From the IMG/VR virus record IMGVR_UViG_3300032092_000085, positions 1-39,825 of that record: a stretch of 39,825 nucleotides of DNA, one strand, 5' to 3'. Numbering within the stretch: position 1 is the first letter of the stretch; every line of letters begins with the position of its first letter. The notes under the pieces were generated by a model, which worked only from the letters and a program-made list of their open reading frames with translations, was not told the DNA's origin and ran no database searches. A program made the position numbers and the translations under genes. Origin of the DNA: a virus. Taxonomy: Duplodnaviria > Caudoviricetes. Shown one piece after another: positions 25,829 through 34,555 of the stretch.

Positions 25829-26074
25829 ATGATCGTACGAAGCTTCGATGACTGGAAGGCCGCCGTGCGCGAGCACATGGCACAGACCGGACAGGTCACC
25901 AACGCGCTGGCTGTTCGCATGGACGCCGAGGACCGCATGGCGGCACACAACGTGCGGTGCCTGCTTTCTGACGCCCCCAAGATCAGGCGCAAGGGCTGCA
26001 ACCTCGCCAGCGCAATCGCCATCGCCGAATCCGTTGGACTGGAAATCCATCTTTCATACAAGAATGAAACCTGA
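25829..26074 (+). CDS. Putative XRE-like HTH regulator
   Basis: 81 aa, helical, with a C-terminal NLASAIAIAESVGLEI pattern. TATAAT lies 6 nt upstream of the ATG. Confidence 0.55.
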   Translation: MIVRSFDDWKAAVREHMAQTGQVTNALAVRMDAEDRMAAHNVRCLLSDAPKIRRKGCNLASAIAIAESVGLEIHLSYKNET

Positions 26075-26618
26075 TGCCAAGCAAATCACCCGCACAGAAG
26101 CGACTGATGCAGGCGGCAGCACACTCCCGGTCGTTCGCAAAGAAGGTCGGCGTCCCTATGTCCGTCGCAAAGAAATTCGTGCGGGCGGACAAGGCGAAGG
26201 CAGCCAAGCGCCGCGCCCGTTAGGACGACCGCCAGAGCCAGTACCGCAAGACCTGGCCGACGACCTGGTCGCTTGGCTCACGTTGGGCAAGCCGCTGCGG
26301 GAATGGTGCAGGCAGCCAGGAAACCCGGAATGGCGAACGGTGTACCACTGGATGGACAAAGATCCAGACTTTGTGGCACGCATCGCACGCGCACGCGAGG
26401 ACGGGCACGACGTGATCGCCGACGAGTGCAAGGAACTGGCCGACACCAAGCCAGCCGATCAGGTCGAGGTCGCATGGCGTCGCCTTCAGGTTGAGACGCG
26501 GCTCAAGCTCCTCGCCAAGTGGAACCCCAAGAAGTACGGCGACAAGGTCGGGGTGGACCATGCCGGCGGCGTGAACCTGACCGTCATCACGGGCGTGCCA
26601 AGTGCCGATAAGTCTTGA
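26064..26618 (+). CDS. terS: Terminase small subunit (Sf6-like); start uncertain
   Basis: GRP...G.PLR..C..PG.P...TVY.W...PDF...ARARE...RLQVETR..LLAKWNPKKYGDK; directly upstream of TerL. Confidence 0.85.
   Translation: MKPDAKQITRTEATDAGGSTLPVVRKEGRRPYVRRKEIRAGGQGEGSQAPRPLGRPPEPVPQDLADDLVAWLTLGKPLREWCRQPGNPEWRTVYHWMDKDPDFVARIARAREDGHDVIADECKELADTKPADQVEVAWRRLQVETRLKLLAKWNPKKYGDKVGVDHAGGVNLTVITGVPSADKS
26074..26223 (+). CDS. 49-aa basic peptide (not in the ORF track)
   Basis: MPSKSPAQKRLMQAAAHSRSFAKKVGVPMSVAKKFVRADKAKAAKRRAR; TGATG coupling to the upstream stop. Confidence 0.75.
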   Translation: MPSKSPAQKRLMQAAAHSRSFAKKVGVPMSVAKKFVRADKAKAAKRRAR

Positions 26619-27921
26619 CTACAACCCGCGCCAGTGGCAGCGGGAATGTCACCTGAAGCGCAAGAGGTTCACCGTTCTCGCGCTGCACCGACGTGCTGGC
26701 AAGACGGAACTCGCCATCATGGAGCTTCTGGACAAGGCTCTGAAATGCAAGCAGCCGCTCGGGTTCTTCGTGTACATCGCACCGTTCCTGCGCCAGGCCA
26801 AGGCCATCGCTTGGGCGCGTCTCAAGGACAAGCTTCGCCCGATGCGCACAACCGGGGCCATCGACATCAACGAGGTCGATCTGGCCGTCGTGTTTAAACA
26901 CAACGGCGCGACCATTCGCCTGTTCGGCGGCGACAACCCCGACGCCCTGCGCGGCGTCCGTCTCGACGGCTGCGTGATTGACGAGGTCGCTCAGATCAAG
27001 CCCGAGGTCTGGACCGACATCGTTCAGCCTGCCCTGTCCGACCGCAAAGGCTGGGCGATGTTCATTGGCACGCCGTCTGGCATCAACCTGTTCAGCGAGC
27101 TGTTCTACCGCTCCAACGGCCTCGAGGACTGGTGGTCTGCCCTCTATACCGTCGATGATACTGACGCCATCGACCGTGACGAGGTCAAGCGCCTGCGCCG
27201 AGACATGCCAGAGTCGGCGTTCGCACGCGAGTATTTGTGCGACTTCAGCGCAGCCGGCGACGATCAGCTCATTACGCTGTCCGACGCTGAGTCAGCGGCA
27301 CGGCGCCGATACTCAGACGGCGACATCGTGGACGCTCCGCTGGTTGTCGGCGTTGACCCGGCCCGGTTCGGTGACGACCGCAGCGTGATCGTGCTGCGCC
27401 AAGGGCTTGTCGTGTTCGAGCCGCAGATTTACCGAGGCATCGACAACATGAGCCTGGCAGGTCGGGTAGCCAACGTCATCGAGGAGCGCGACCCGGACGG
27501 CGTGTTCATCGACGTCGGCGGCGGGGCAGGCGTGATCGACCGCCTGCGCCAGTTGGGCTATGGGATCGTGGAAGTGAACTTCGGCGGCAAGCCCAACAAC
27601 CCCGGCCTGTTCGTCAACAGGCGCACCGAGATGTGGTGGACGATGCGGGAATGGCTCGAGCAGGGCGGCTCGATCCCCAACGACCCGTTCCTGAAGGCCG
27701 AACTCGCCACCCCAACGTACTCGTACGACAGCAACGGCAGACGGGTGCTCGAGTCCAAGGACGAGATCAAGCGCCGGCTACAGGGTGGGGCGAGCCCGGA
27801 CATCGCCGACGCGCTGGCGCTGACGTTCGCGTTCCCCGTGGGCAAGCAACTCCCACGCGAGGTGCGCGACCGGATCGACACTCGACCAGGCGACTACGAC
27901 CCATACGAGGGCATGGAATGA
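26602..27921 (+). CDS. terL: Terminase large subunit
   Basis: HRRAGKT Walker A, LRG...CVIDE Walker B, IGTP, GVDPARFGDD and SPDIADALAL nuclease motifs. Confidence 0.97.
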   Translation: MPISLDYNPRQWQRECHLKRKRFTVLALHRRAGKTELAIMELLDKALKCKQPLGFFVYIAPFLRQAKAIAWARLKDKLRPMRTTGAIDINEVDLAVVFKHNGATIRLFGGDNPDALRGVRLDGCVIDEVAQIKPEVWTDIVQPALSDRKGWAMFIGTPSGINLFSELFYRSNGLEDWWSALYTVDDTDAIDRDEVKRLRRDMPESAFAREYLCDFSAAGDDQLITLSDAESAARRRYSDGDIVDAPLVVGVDPARFGDDRSVIVLRQGLVVFEPQIYRGIDNMSLAGRVANVIEERDPDGVFIDVGGGAGVIDRLRQLGYGIVEVNFGGKPNNPGLFVNRRTEMWWTMREWLEQGGSIPNDPFLKAELATPTYSYDSNGRRVLESKDEIKRRLQGGASPDIADALALTFAFPVGKQLPREVRDRIDTRPGDYDPYEGME

Positions 27922-28370
27922 TCCGACTAGCAACACGCGATGACGTTCCTGCGCTGCTGATGATGGGCAGGCAATTCATCCAGTTCAGCGAGTACAGGTC
28001 GATCAACGACCATCTGACCGACGAGCAACTAGCGAACGGTATAAGCGCGGTCATCGACTGTGGAGTTTCGTTTGTTGCGCTCGACGGCGAGCAAATCATC
28101 GGCGGCATCCTTGGCGTGGTCGGCCCGCTCTGGTTTGCTCCGCACGTTCAGACAGCCGTTGAGCTCGCGTGGTGGGTTGATCCTGCGCATCGTGGCATGG
28201 CTGGCATCAGGCTCATGCAGGCGTTTGAGGGAGAGGCCAAGCAACGCGGTTTGAAGTACGTGGCGATGAGCGATCTGGTGATGAATGGGCGAGATGAGAC
28301 ACCTGCCGCAAGAATCCTCGGCATCATGGGTTACACTCTGACCGAGCGGATGCATTCCAAGGAGATTTGA
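27918..28370 (+). CDS. GNAT-family acetyltransferase
   Basis: MIRLAT.DD, ELAWWVDPAHRG.AG.RLM..FE and terminal MGY motifs. ATGA overlap with the terL stop. Confidence 0.85.
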   Translation: MIRLATRDDVPALLMMGRQFIQFSEYRSINDHLTDEQLANGISAVIDCGVSFVALDGEQIIGGILGVVGPLWFAPHVQTAVELAWWVDPAHRGMAGIRLMQAFEGEAKQRGLKYVAMSDLVMNGRDETPAARILGIMGYTLTERMHSKEI

Positions 28371-28371
28371 C

Positions 28372-28716
28372 ATGGCAGCGATTAGCACCATCGCCGCAGT
28401 AGCGGCAGCAACGGCAGCGGCGGCAGGAACCGGGTATGCCGTGTACGCCGGAGAACGGGCCGATAAGGCACAAGAGCAGGCGCTCGGCGAGCAGCGGCAA
28501 GCGCAAACGCAGGCGAGCGCACAGGCAGCATCGCAGCAGCGACGCAGCGCCCAGGCTATGGCCGCAGCCAACCGCCGGCAGCCCAACATGGGCGAGATCA
28601 TGGCTGGCGCAGCTGAAGGCGCAGGGGGCGGACCGACCAGCACCATGCTGACTGGACCGACTGGCGTCAACCCGCAGGATTTGGCGCTCGGTCGCAGTTC
28701 ACTCCTCGGAGGGTAA
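28372..28716 (+). CDS. Small Ala/Gln-rich virion protein upstream of the portal
   Basis: STMLTGPTG...LGRSSLLGG C-terminus, typical of the pre-portal gene in this type of podophage. Confidence 0.75.
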   Translation: MAAISTIAAVAAATAAAAGTGYAVYAGERADKAQEQALGEQRQAQTQASAQAASQQRRSAQAMAAANRRQPNMGEIMAGAAEGAGGGPTSTMLTGPTGVNPQDLALGRSSLLGG

Positions 28717-28718
28717 TC

Positions 28719-30431
28719 GTGAGCGAATACACCGGCGACGCACAGTCCTACCCAAGCGCACCTACCCGCGACAAGTTGTTCACGCGATGGGGGCAGCTCA
28801 AGTCTGAGCGAGCGTCGTGGCTGTCGCACTGGCAAGAGATCACGACCTACCTGCTACCACGCAACGGGCGCTACTTCCGCCAGGACCGCGACAAGGGCTG
28901 GCGCCGGCACAACAACATCTACGACAACACCGGCACCCGCGCACTGCGCACGCTCGGTGCCGGCATGATGGCGGGCGCCACAAGCCCAGCGCGGCAGTGG
29001 TTCAGGCTGGCAACCGCCGACCCGGAACTGAACTCCTACCAGCCCGTCAAGTTGTGGCTCGATGACGTGACGCGCCGCATGCAACTCGTCTTCCAGAAGT
29101 CCAACACCTACCGCGCCCTGCACACGATGTACGAGGAACTCGGCGCGTTCGGCACGGCCACGAGCATCGTTCTGCCCGACTTCAAGAACGTCATCCACCA
29201 CTACCCCGTTACGACGGGCGAGTACTGCATCGCCACCGACGCGCAAGGCCGCGTTGACACGCTGTACCGCGAGTTTGAGATGACGGTCGCCGCGATGGTC
29301 AAGGAGTTCGGCTACAAGAACTGCTCGGTCACCGTGCGCAACATGTGGGATCGCGGCACGCTCGACCAGTGGATTCCTGTCATCCACGCCATCGAACCGC
29401 GATCCGACCGCGACCACAAGAAGCGCGACAACAAGAACATGGCGTGGGGCTCGTGGTACTTCGAGGTTGGCGGCGAGGACGGCGTGTTCCTGCGCGAGAG
29501 CGGGTTTGAACAATTCCCCGCGCTCGTTCCGCGCTGGGCTACCGCCGGCGGCGACATCTATGGCAACAGCCCGGGCATGGAGTCGCTTGGCGACATCAAG
29601 CAGCTACAGCACGAGCAGTTGCGCAAGGCGCAGGCCATCGACTACCAGACCAAGCCGCCGCTCCAGGTGCCCGTGTCGATGAAGAACCGTGACGTTGAGA
29701 CGCTGCCCGGCGGCATCTCGTTCGTTGACGGCGCCTCAGCCGGCATCAAGACTGCGTTTGAGGTCAACCTCAACCTCCAGTACCTGCTGAACGACATCCA
29801 AGACTGCCGCGAGCGCGTGCGTGGTGCGTTCTACGCCGACATGTTCCTCATGCTGGCCGGTCAGCCGAACACCCGCATGACGGCCACCGAGGTCGCCGAG
29901 CGCCACGAGGAGAAGCTGCTGATGCTCGGGCCAGTGCTCGAGCGCCTGCACAACGAACTGCTCGACCCGCTGGTTGACATCACGTTCACGCGCATGTTGC
30001 AGGGTGGCATCATCCCGCCGGCACCCGAGGAGTTGCAGGGCATGGACCTGAACGTCGAGTTCGTCAGCATGCTCGCCCAGGCGCAGCGTGCCATCGGCAC
30101 GAACTCGGTTGACCGCTTCGTTGGAAACCTCGGCCAGATCGCCACGATGAAGCCGGACATCCTCGACAAGTTCGACAGCGACCAGTGGGCCGACATCTAC
30201 GCCGACATGCTTGGCGTGGACCCGTCGCTCATCATCGCCGACAAGGAGGTCGCGGCAATCCGAACCGCCCGCAACCAAGCGATGGCGGCCAAGGAGCAGT
30301 CAGCGGCATTGCAACAGTCGTCGCAGACGGTCAAGAACATGGCGCAGGCTCCGACCGGACAGCAGAACGCCCTGACTGACGTGATGAACATGTTCAGTGG
30401 ATACACCAGCCCGTCGGCGCTGGAAGTTTGA
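28719..30431 (+). CDS. Portal (head-tail connector; BPP-1 Bbp21/T7 gp8-like)
   Basis: YDNTG..A...L.AG, VPRW....YG.SPG, MTATEV.ER..EK...LGPVLERL..E.L.PL. Confidence 0.95.
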   Translation: MSEYTGDAQSYPSAPTRDKLFTRWGQLKSERASWLSHWQEITTYLLPRNGRYFRQDRDKGWRRHNNIYDNTGTRALRTLGAGMMAGATSPARQWFRLATADPELNSYQPVKLWLDDVTRRMQLVFQKSNTYRALHTMYEELGAFGTATSIVLPDFKNVIHHYPVTTGEYCIATDAQGRVDTLYREFEMTVAAMVKEFGYKNCSVTVRNMWDRGTLDQWIPVIHAIEPRSDRDHKKRDNKNMAWGSWYFEVGGEDGVFLRESGFEQFPALVPRWATAGGDIYGNSPGMESLGDIKQLQHEQLRKAQAIDYQTKPPLQVPVSMKNRDVETLPGGISFVDGASAGIKTAFEVNLNLQYLLNDIQDCRERVRGAFYADMFLMLAGQPNTRMTATEVAERHEEKLLMLGPVLERLHNELLDPLVDITFTRMLQGGIIPPAPEELQGMDLNVEFVSMLAQAQRAIGTNSVDRFVGNLGQIATMKPDILDKFDSDQWADIYADMLGVDPSLIIADKEVAAIRTARNQAMAAKEQSAALQQSSQTVKNMAQAPTGQQNALTDVMNMFSGYTSPSALEV

Positions 30432-30440
30432 GAGGATTGA

Positions 30441-31022
30441 ATGCCATACTTTATGAAGACGCCCGGTGGTCCTTGGCTTTACAACTCAACCACAGGCGAT
30501 TTCGCTGGCTTGAAAGATCCCGACGGCAGCGAACTCATCTTCGCTAAAGCTCCGCATACGGGTGGGTTTTTTGACGTGTCAAACCAGACTGCGCTTGCAA
30601 ACACTGCTACGCCAATGGAATACGACACAACCGACTTCTCGCATGGAGTTTCGGTTGTGAGCAACAGCCAAATCACAGTGACACGCGCTTCGGTCTACAA
30701 CATCCAATTCAGCGCCCAGTTCAAGAACACAGACAACTCATCGGAGCACAACGTAAGCGTGTGGCTCGCATTGAACGGAACCAATGTCGCAAACAGCAAT
30801 ACACAGATCACACTGCCGAGAAAGCATGGTGGTGGTGACGGGTTGCTGGTTGCAGCATGGAACTTTTTCGTGACCATGAACGCCGGCCAGTACGCGCAGA
30901 TCATTTGGTCCACGCCAAATACCGCCGTGTCGATTGCCTACGAAGGCGCGCTATCGACTCCGACCAGGCCGGCTACGCCGTCTGTGATCCTGACCGTCAA
31001 CGAGGTCAACGGTATCTCCTGA
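30441..31022 (+). CDS. C1q/TNF-like jelly-roll protein; putative head fibre or decoration protein
   Basis: ITV....VYNIQFSAQF...VSVWL..NG.NV.NS...AAWNFFV.M.AGQY..I.W pattern; GAGG RBS. Confidence 0.6.
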   Translation: MPYFMKTPGGPWLYNSTTGDFAGLKDPDGSELIFAKAPHTGGFFDVSNQTALANTATPMEYDTTDFSHGVSVVSNSQITVTRASVYNIQFSAQFKNTDNSSEHNVSVWLALNGTNVANSNTQITLPRKHGGGDGLLVAAWNFFVTMNAGQYAQIIWSTPNTAVSIAYEGALSTPTRPATPSVILTVNEVNGIS

Positions 31023-31062
31023 CGTTGCTAGTTCAACATTCGCCATCTCAGACAGTCCAAAC

Positions 31063-31407
31063 GTGAGCAATTACGACCCACTTGATATCCGTGGACAAGA
31101 GCGCAACAAGGCCGAGCGCGACCAGCGTGAACGCCTCGAGCGCGAGAACGAGGCCGCCGACGTCAAGTGGCTGATGAACAACAAGCGTGGCCGGCGCATG
31201 GTGTGGCGTTTGCTGGACAGGGCCGGGGTATTCCGGTCATCGTTCGCTACCAACAGCATGACAATGGCCTTCTCTGAAGGTAACCGTAACTACGGCCTAC
31301 AGTTACTTGGTATTATCCATGCCGTATGCCCGGAACTTTATCCGGTCATGTTGAAGGAACACACGAATGAACGAACCAACGACGATGCTGGCGACCCCAA
31401 CCAGTGA
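31063..31407 (+). CDS. Bbp19-like head-region protein
   Basis: DVKWLM....GRR.VWRLL..AGVF..SF......MAF.EG.RN.GL. Confidence 0.85.
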   Translation: MSNYDPLDIRGQERNKAERDQRERLERENEAADVKWLMNNKRGRRMVWRLLDRAGVFRSSFATNSMTMAFSEGNRNYGLQLLGIIHAVCPELYPVMLKEHTNERTNDDAGDPNQ

Positions 31408-32041
31408 GGCGCCCACATCATCGAATGCCAGCAACACCTCCGCGACGGCGGAGAAGTTGTATGGCGAGCAGAAGGCGTCTGCACCTCAGACTGCGCCCGC
31501 CGATACGGCCAAGGCGCAGGACGCCCCTGTGATCGGACAGGCAGAGAAGGCCGCCGAGGCACCCGCCGACGCCAAGCCGACCACGCCTGAGAAGTACGAA
31601 TTCAAGGCTCCTGAAGGTCAGGAGTTTGACGGTGACACCATCACCGCGTACTCGGAGGTCGCACGGGAACTCAAGCTGAGTCAGGACGCTGCGCAGAAGC
31701 TGCTTGACGTCATGGGCCCGAAGATGGCCGAACGTCAAATGGCTCAGATTCAGGCCGTTCAGGGCGCTTGGATGGAGGCATCCAAGCAGGACAGGGAATT
31801 CGGCGGCCCCGCGCTTGCCGAGAACCTGGCCGTTGCCAAGAAGGCGCTGGATGCGTTCGGCACTACCGAGCTCCGCACGCTGCTCAACGAGTCTGGGCTG
31901 GGGAATCACCCGGAGATCGTCCGGTTGTTCTTCCGCGCAGGCAAGGCAATCAGTGAGGATCGTGTCGTGACGGGCTCGACCGGGCAGGCCAAGGCCGGCC
32001 CCAAGTCGTTCTCCGATCTGGCCGATGTTCTGTACTCGTAA
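31367..32041 (+). CDS. Capsid scaffolding protein
   Basis: Low-complexity N-terminus, PEKYEF, GLGNHPE.VR.F...GKAISED, ends ADVLY; precedes the major capsid gene. Confidence 0.85.
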   Translation: MNEPTTMLATPTSEAPTSSNASNTSATAEKLYGEQKASAPQTAPADTAKAQDAPVIGQAEKAAEAPADAKPTTPEKYEFKAPEGQEFDGDTITAYSEVARELKLSQDAAQKLLDVMGPKMAERQMAQIQAVQGAWMEASKQDREFGGPALAENLAVAKKALDAFGTTELRTLLNESGLGNHPEIVRLFFRAGKAISEDRVVTGSTGQAKAGPKSFSDLADVLYS

Positions 32042-32066
32042 CTAACCCCTACAAAGGAATCGCAAC

Positions 32067-33098
32067 ATGGCAACTCTCTCTACGTCGAATCTGACGCTTG
32101 CCGACTGGGCCAAGCGCACCGATCCGGATGGCCGCGTCCCGGTCATCGCGGAACTCCTCTCGCAGTCGAACGAAATCCTTGAGGACTGCGTCTTCAAGGA
32201 AGGCAACCTCCCCACGGGCGAGCGCGTCGTCATCCGCACCGGGCTTCCCTCGGTGTACTGGCGCGCACTCAACCAGGGCATCCCGAACAGCAAGAGCACG
32301 ACCGCTCAGGTCGATGAGGCTTGCGGCATTCTGGAAGCCCGCAGCGAGGTGGACAAGGATCTGGCGATGCTGAACGGCAACACCGCTCAGTTCCGCCTGT
32401 CCGAAGACGTCGCCTTCCTCGAGGCGATGAACCAGACTCAGGCCACCACCCTGTTCTACGGCAACCCCGCCACCGATCCGAAGCAGTTCCTCGGCCTCGC
32501 GCCGCGTTACTCGGACATCGGCGCCGGCAGCCCGAACAACTCGCAGAACATCATCACCGCCGGCGGTAGCGATGCCACCACCAACACGTCGATTTACCTC
32601 GTCGTGTGGGGTGACCAGACCGTGTACTGCCCCTTCCCCAAGGGCAGCAGCGCCGGCCTGATCCACGAAGACCTCGGCGAGCAGACCGTCTACAACAGCG
32701 ATGGCACCCGTCTTCAGGCGTATGCCACCCGCTACCAGTGGAAGAACGGTTTGGTGGTCAAGGACTGGCGCTACGTGGTCCGCATCTGCAACATCAACAC
32801 TGCTGACCTGATGGCGCAGACCACCACGCAGGCTTCCACGGCTTCGACCGCCATCATCAAGCTGATGAGCCGCGCCCTGTACCGCATCCCCAACATGGGC
32901 ATGGGTCGGGCCGCGTTCTACATGAACCGCACCGTCCACAGCGGCCTTGCGATTGCTGCGCTCGATAAGAGCCAGGCAGTTCTGAAGGTCAACGACGGTC
33001 TCTCGCAGTTCGGCACGCCGTACAGCTGGCTGACTTTCCAGGGCGTTCCGTGCCGCCGCGTGGATGCCATCGTCAACACCGAAGCCGTCGTGTCCTGA
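32067..33098 (+). CDS. Major capsid protein (BPP-1 Bbp17-like)
   Basis: TLADWAKR.DPDG, ELLSQSNEIL.D, RTGLP...WR, GL.VKDWRYVVRI.NI, F.GVP.RRVDA. AAGGA RBS. Confidence 0.95.
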   Translation: MATLSTSNLTLADWAKRTDPDGRVPVIAELLSQSNEILEDCVFKEGNLPTGERVVIRTGLPSVYWRALNQGIPNSKSTTAQVDEACGILEARSEVDKDLAMLNGNTAQFRLSEDVAFLEAMNQTQATTLFYGNPATDPKQFLGLAPRYSDIGAGSPNNSQNIITAGGSDATTNTSIYLVVWGDQTVYCPFPKGSSAGLIHEDLGEQTVYNSDGTRLQAYATRYQWKNGLVVKDWRYVVRICNINTADLMAQTTTQASTASTAIIKLMSRALYRIPNMGMGRAAFYMNRTVHSGLAIAALDKSQAVLKVNDGLSQFGTPYSWLTFQGVPCRRVDAIVNTEAVVS

Positions 33099-33125
33099 TA
33101 GGACCGACAGAAAGGAACTAACACA

Positions 33126-33602
33126 ATGATTCTTGACAACAATCTCGTCGTCTCTGGAACCGTCCCGGCCTCGGGAGTTATCACCGGCCAGGCAGCACTC
33201 CCTGTTTCCGGCACTCCGGTGCTCTCAACGGACACCATCGATTTGGCGGTCGCTCGTGACATTGGCGAAGGCTCTGATCTGTTCATGAACTTCGTCACTG
33301 TCGCGGCCTACAACAACCTCACGTCCCTGACGTTTGAGATCATCGGCGCGACCAACGCCGCTCTCTCAACTGGCGTGACGGTGATCGGTTCGTCTGGCCC
33401 TGTCTTGCAGGCAAGCCTGACGGCGAACGCGCAGTTCTCTGTGCGTTTCAATCCGCAGCTCCTGTCTACCGGACAGCGGTACATTGGCGCTCGGTACACC
33501 ACGGTCGGAACCACCCCGACCACCGGCAGCGTGTGCGCTTACGTCGTCATGGACATCCAGGACGGTCGCAAGTTCTACGCCAGCGGCTTCTCGGTGACCT
33601 GA
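33126..33602 (+). CDS. Capsid cement protein (Bbp16-like)
   Basis: MILD...STD.IDL...RDIG.G...QRYI.ARY; follows the major capsid gene. Confidence 0.85.
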   Translation: MILDNNLVVSGTVPASGVITGQAALPVSGTPVLSTDTIDLAVARDIGEGSDLFMNFVTVAAYNNLTSLTFEIIGATNAALSTGVTVIGSSGPVLQASLTANAQFSVRFNPQLLSTGQRYIGARYTTVGTTPTTGSVCAYVVMDIQDGRKFYASGFSVT

Positions 33603-33603
33603 C

Positions 33604-33801
33604 ATGAAAGTCCGCGCACTCGTGACGTGTTTCATCGACAACGGCTTCCGCAAGGAGGGCGAAGTCTTCGAGTACAACGGTCCTGCCAACGGGAACGTCG
33701 AACCCATCGACGCGCCCCGCCAGTCGGAGCAGCCTGAAGTCGTGCCTGTGGTGCGACCCAAGCGAGGCCGGCCAGCCAAGACCACCGTCACGGCGGACTG
33801 A
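33604..33801 (+). CDS. Small head-region protein with an AT-hook-like KRGRP
   Basis: 65 aa, MKVRA...FI....KEGEVFE...PKRGRPAK. Confidence 0.7.
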   Translation: MKVRALVTCFIDNGFRKEGEVFEYNGPANGNVEPIDAPRQSEQPEVVPVVRPKRGRPAKTTVTAD

Positions 33802-33820
33802 TACGACGCATGTGACTCTG

Positions 33821-33858
33821 GAGGGGCGTCGGCCTAAACACCCGGCGCCCCTCTTTTC
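33821..33858 (+). terminator. Rho-independent terminator after the capsid genes
   Basis: GAGGGGCGTCGG / CCGGCGCCCCTC stem followed by TTTT. Confidence 0.85.
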
Positions 33859-33871
33859 CTAGGAGGATCGA

Positions 33872-34552
33872 ATGGCAAGCGTGGTTGAGATCTGCAATCT
33901 GGCACTCGCGCACCTCGGCGACGACGCCTCCATCGCCAGCATCGACCCGCCGGAAGGGTCGGCTCAGGCCGAGCACTGCGCTCGGTTCTACCCCATCGCC
34001 CGGGACAGCCTGCTTCAGATGCACGCCTGGAACTTCGCGTCCCGTCGCGCACTGCTCGCGCAGGTCTCGATGCCGTACTCCATGTGGAAGTACGCCTATG
34101 CCTGCCCAGGCAACATGATGGTTGCCGTCAGCGTGCTGCCGCACGACGCTGAGAACGACTACGCAGCCAAGTTCGTCCCAAGCGATACCCCAGACTTCCT
34201 GCACAACTACGCACCGCTCGTTGCAGCTGGGCGTTACGTGCCGCAGCCGTACAGCATTGAGACGGACACGTCCGGCAACAAGGTGCTGTATACCGATCAA
34301 GAGAACGCGCTGCTGCGATACCAGGCGCTCATCACGGACCCGACCAAGTTCGACCCGCTGTTCGTCATGGCGCTGTCGCACCACCTCGCCGCCATGCTTG
34401 CCGGCCCGGTCATCAAGGGCGATCAGGGCGCGGCTGAGGGCAAGCGGCAGGCGCAGATGATGATGGCGTACTTGCAGCAAGCCCGCATGTCTGACGCCAA
34501 CCAGCGCAACATCAAGCCGGAACACATCACGGGCTGGATCGCAGGACGCTGA
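33872..34552 (+). CDS. Tail tubular protein A / adaptor (T7 gp11-like)
   Basis: S.VEICNLALAHLG, FY..ARD.LL..H.WNFA, FDPLF..AL...LA; AGGAGG RBS. Confidence 0.9.
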   Translation: MASVVEICNLALAHLGDDASIASIDPPEGSAQAEHCARFYPIARDSLLQMHAWNFASRRALLAQVSMPYSMWKYAYACPGNMMVAVSVLPHDAENDYAAKFVPSDTPDFLHNYAPLVAAGRYVPQPYSIETDTSGNKVLYTDQENALLRYQALITDPTKFDPLFVMALSHHLAAMLAGPVIKGDQGAAEGKRQAQMMMAYLQQARMSDANQRNIKPEHITGWIAGR

Positions 34553-34555
34553 CCT

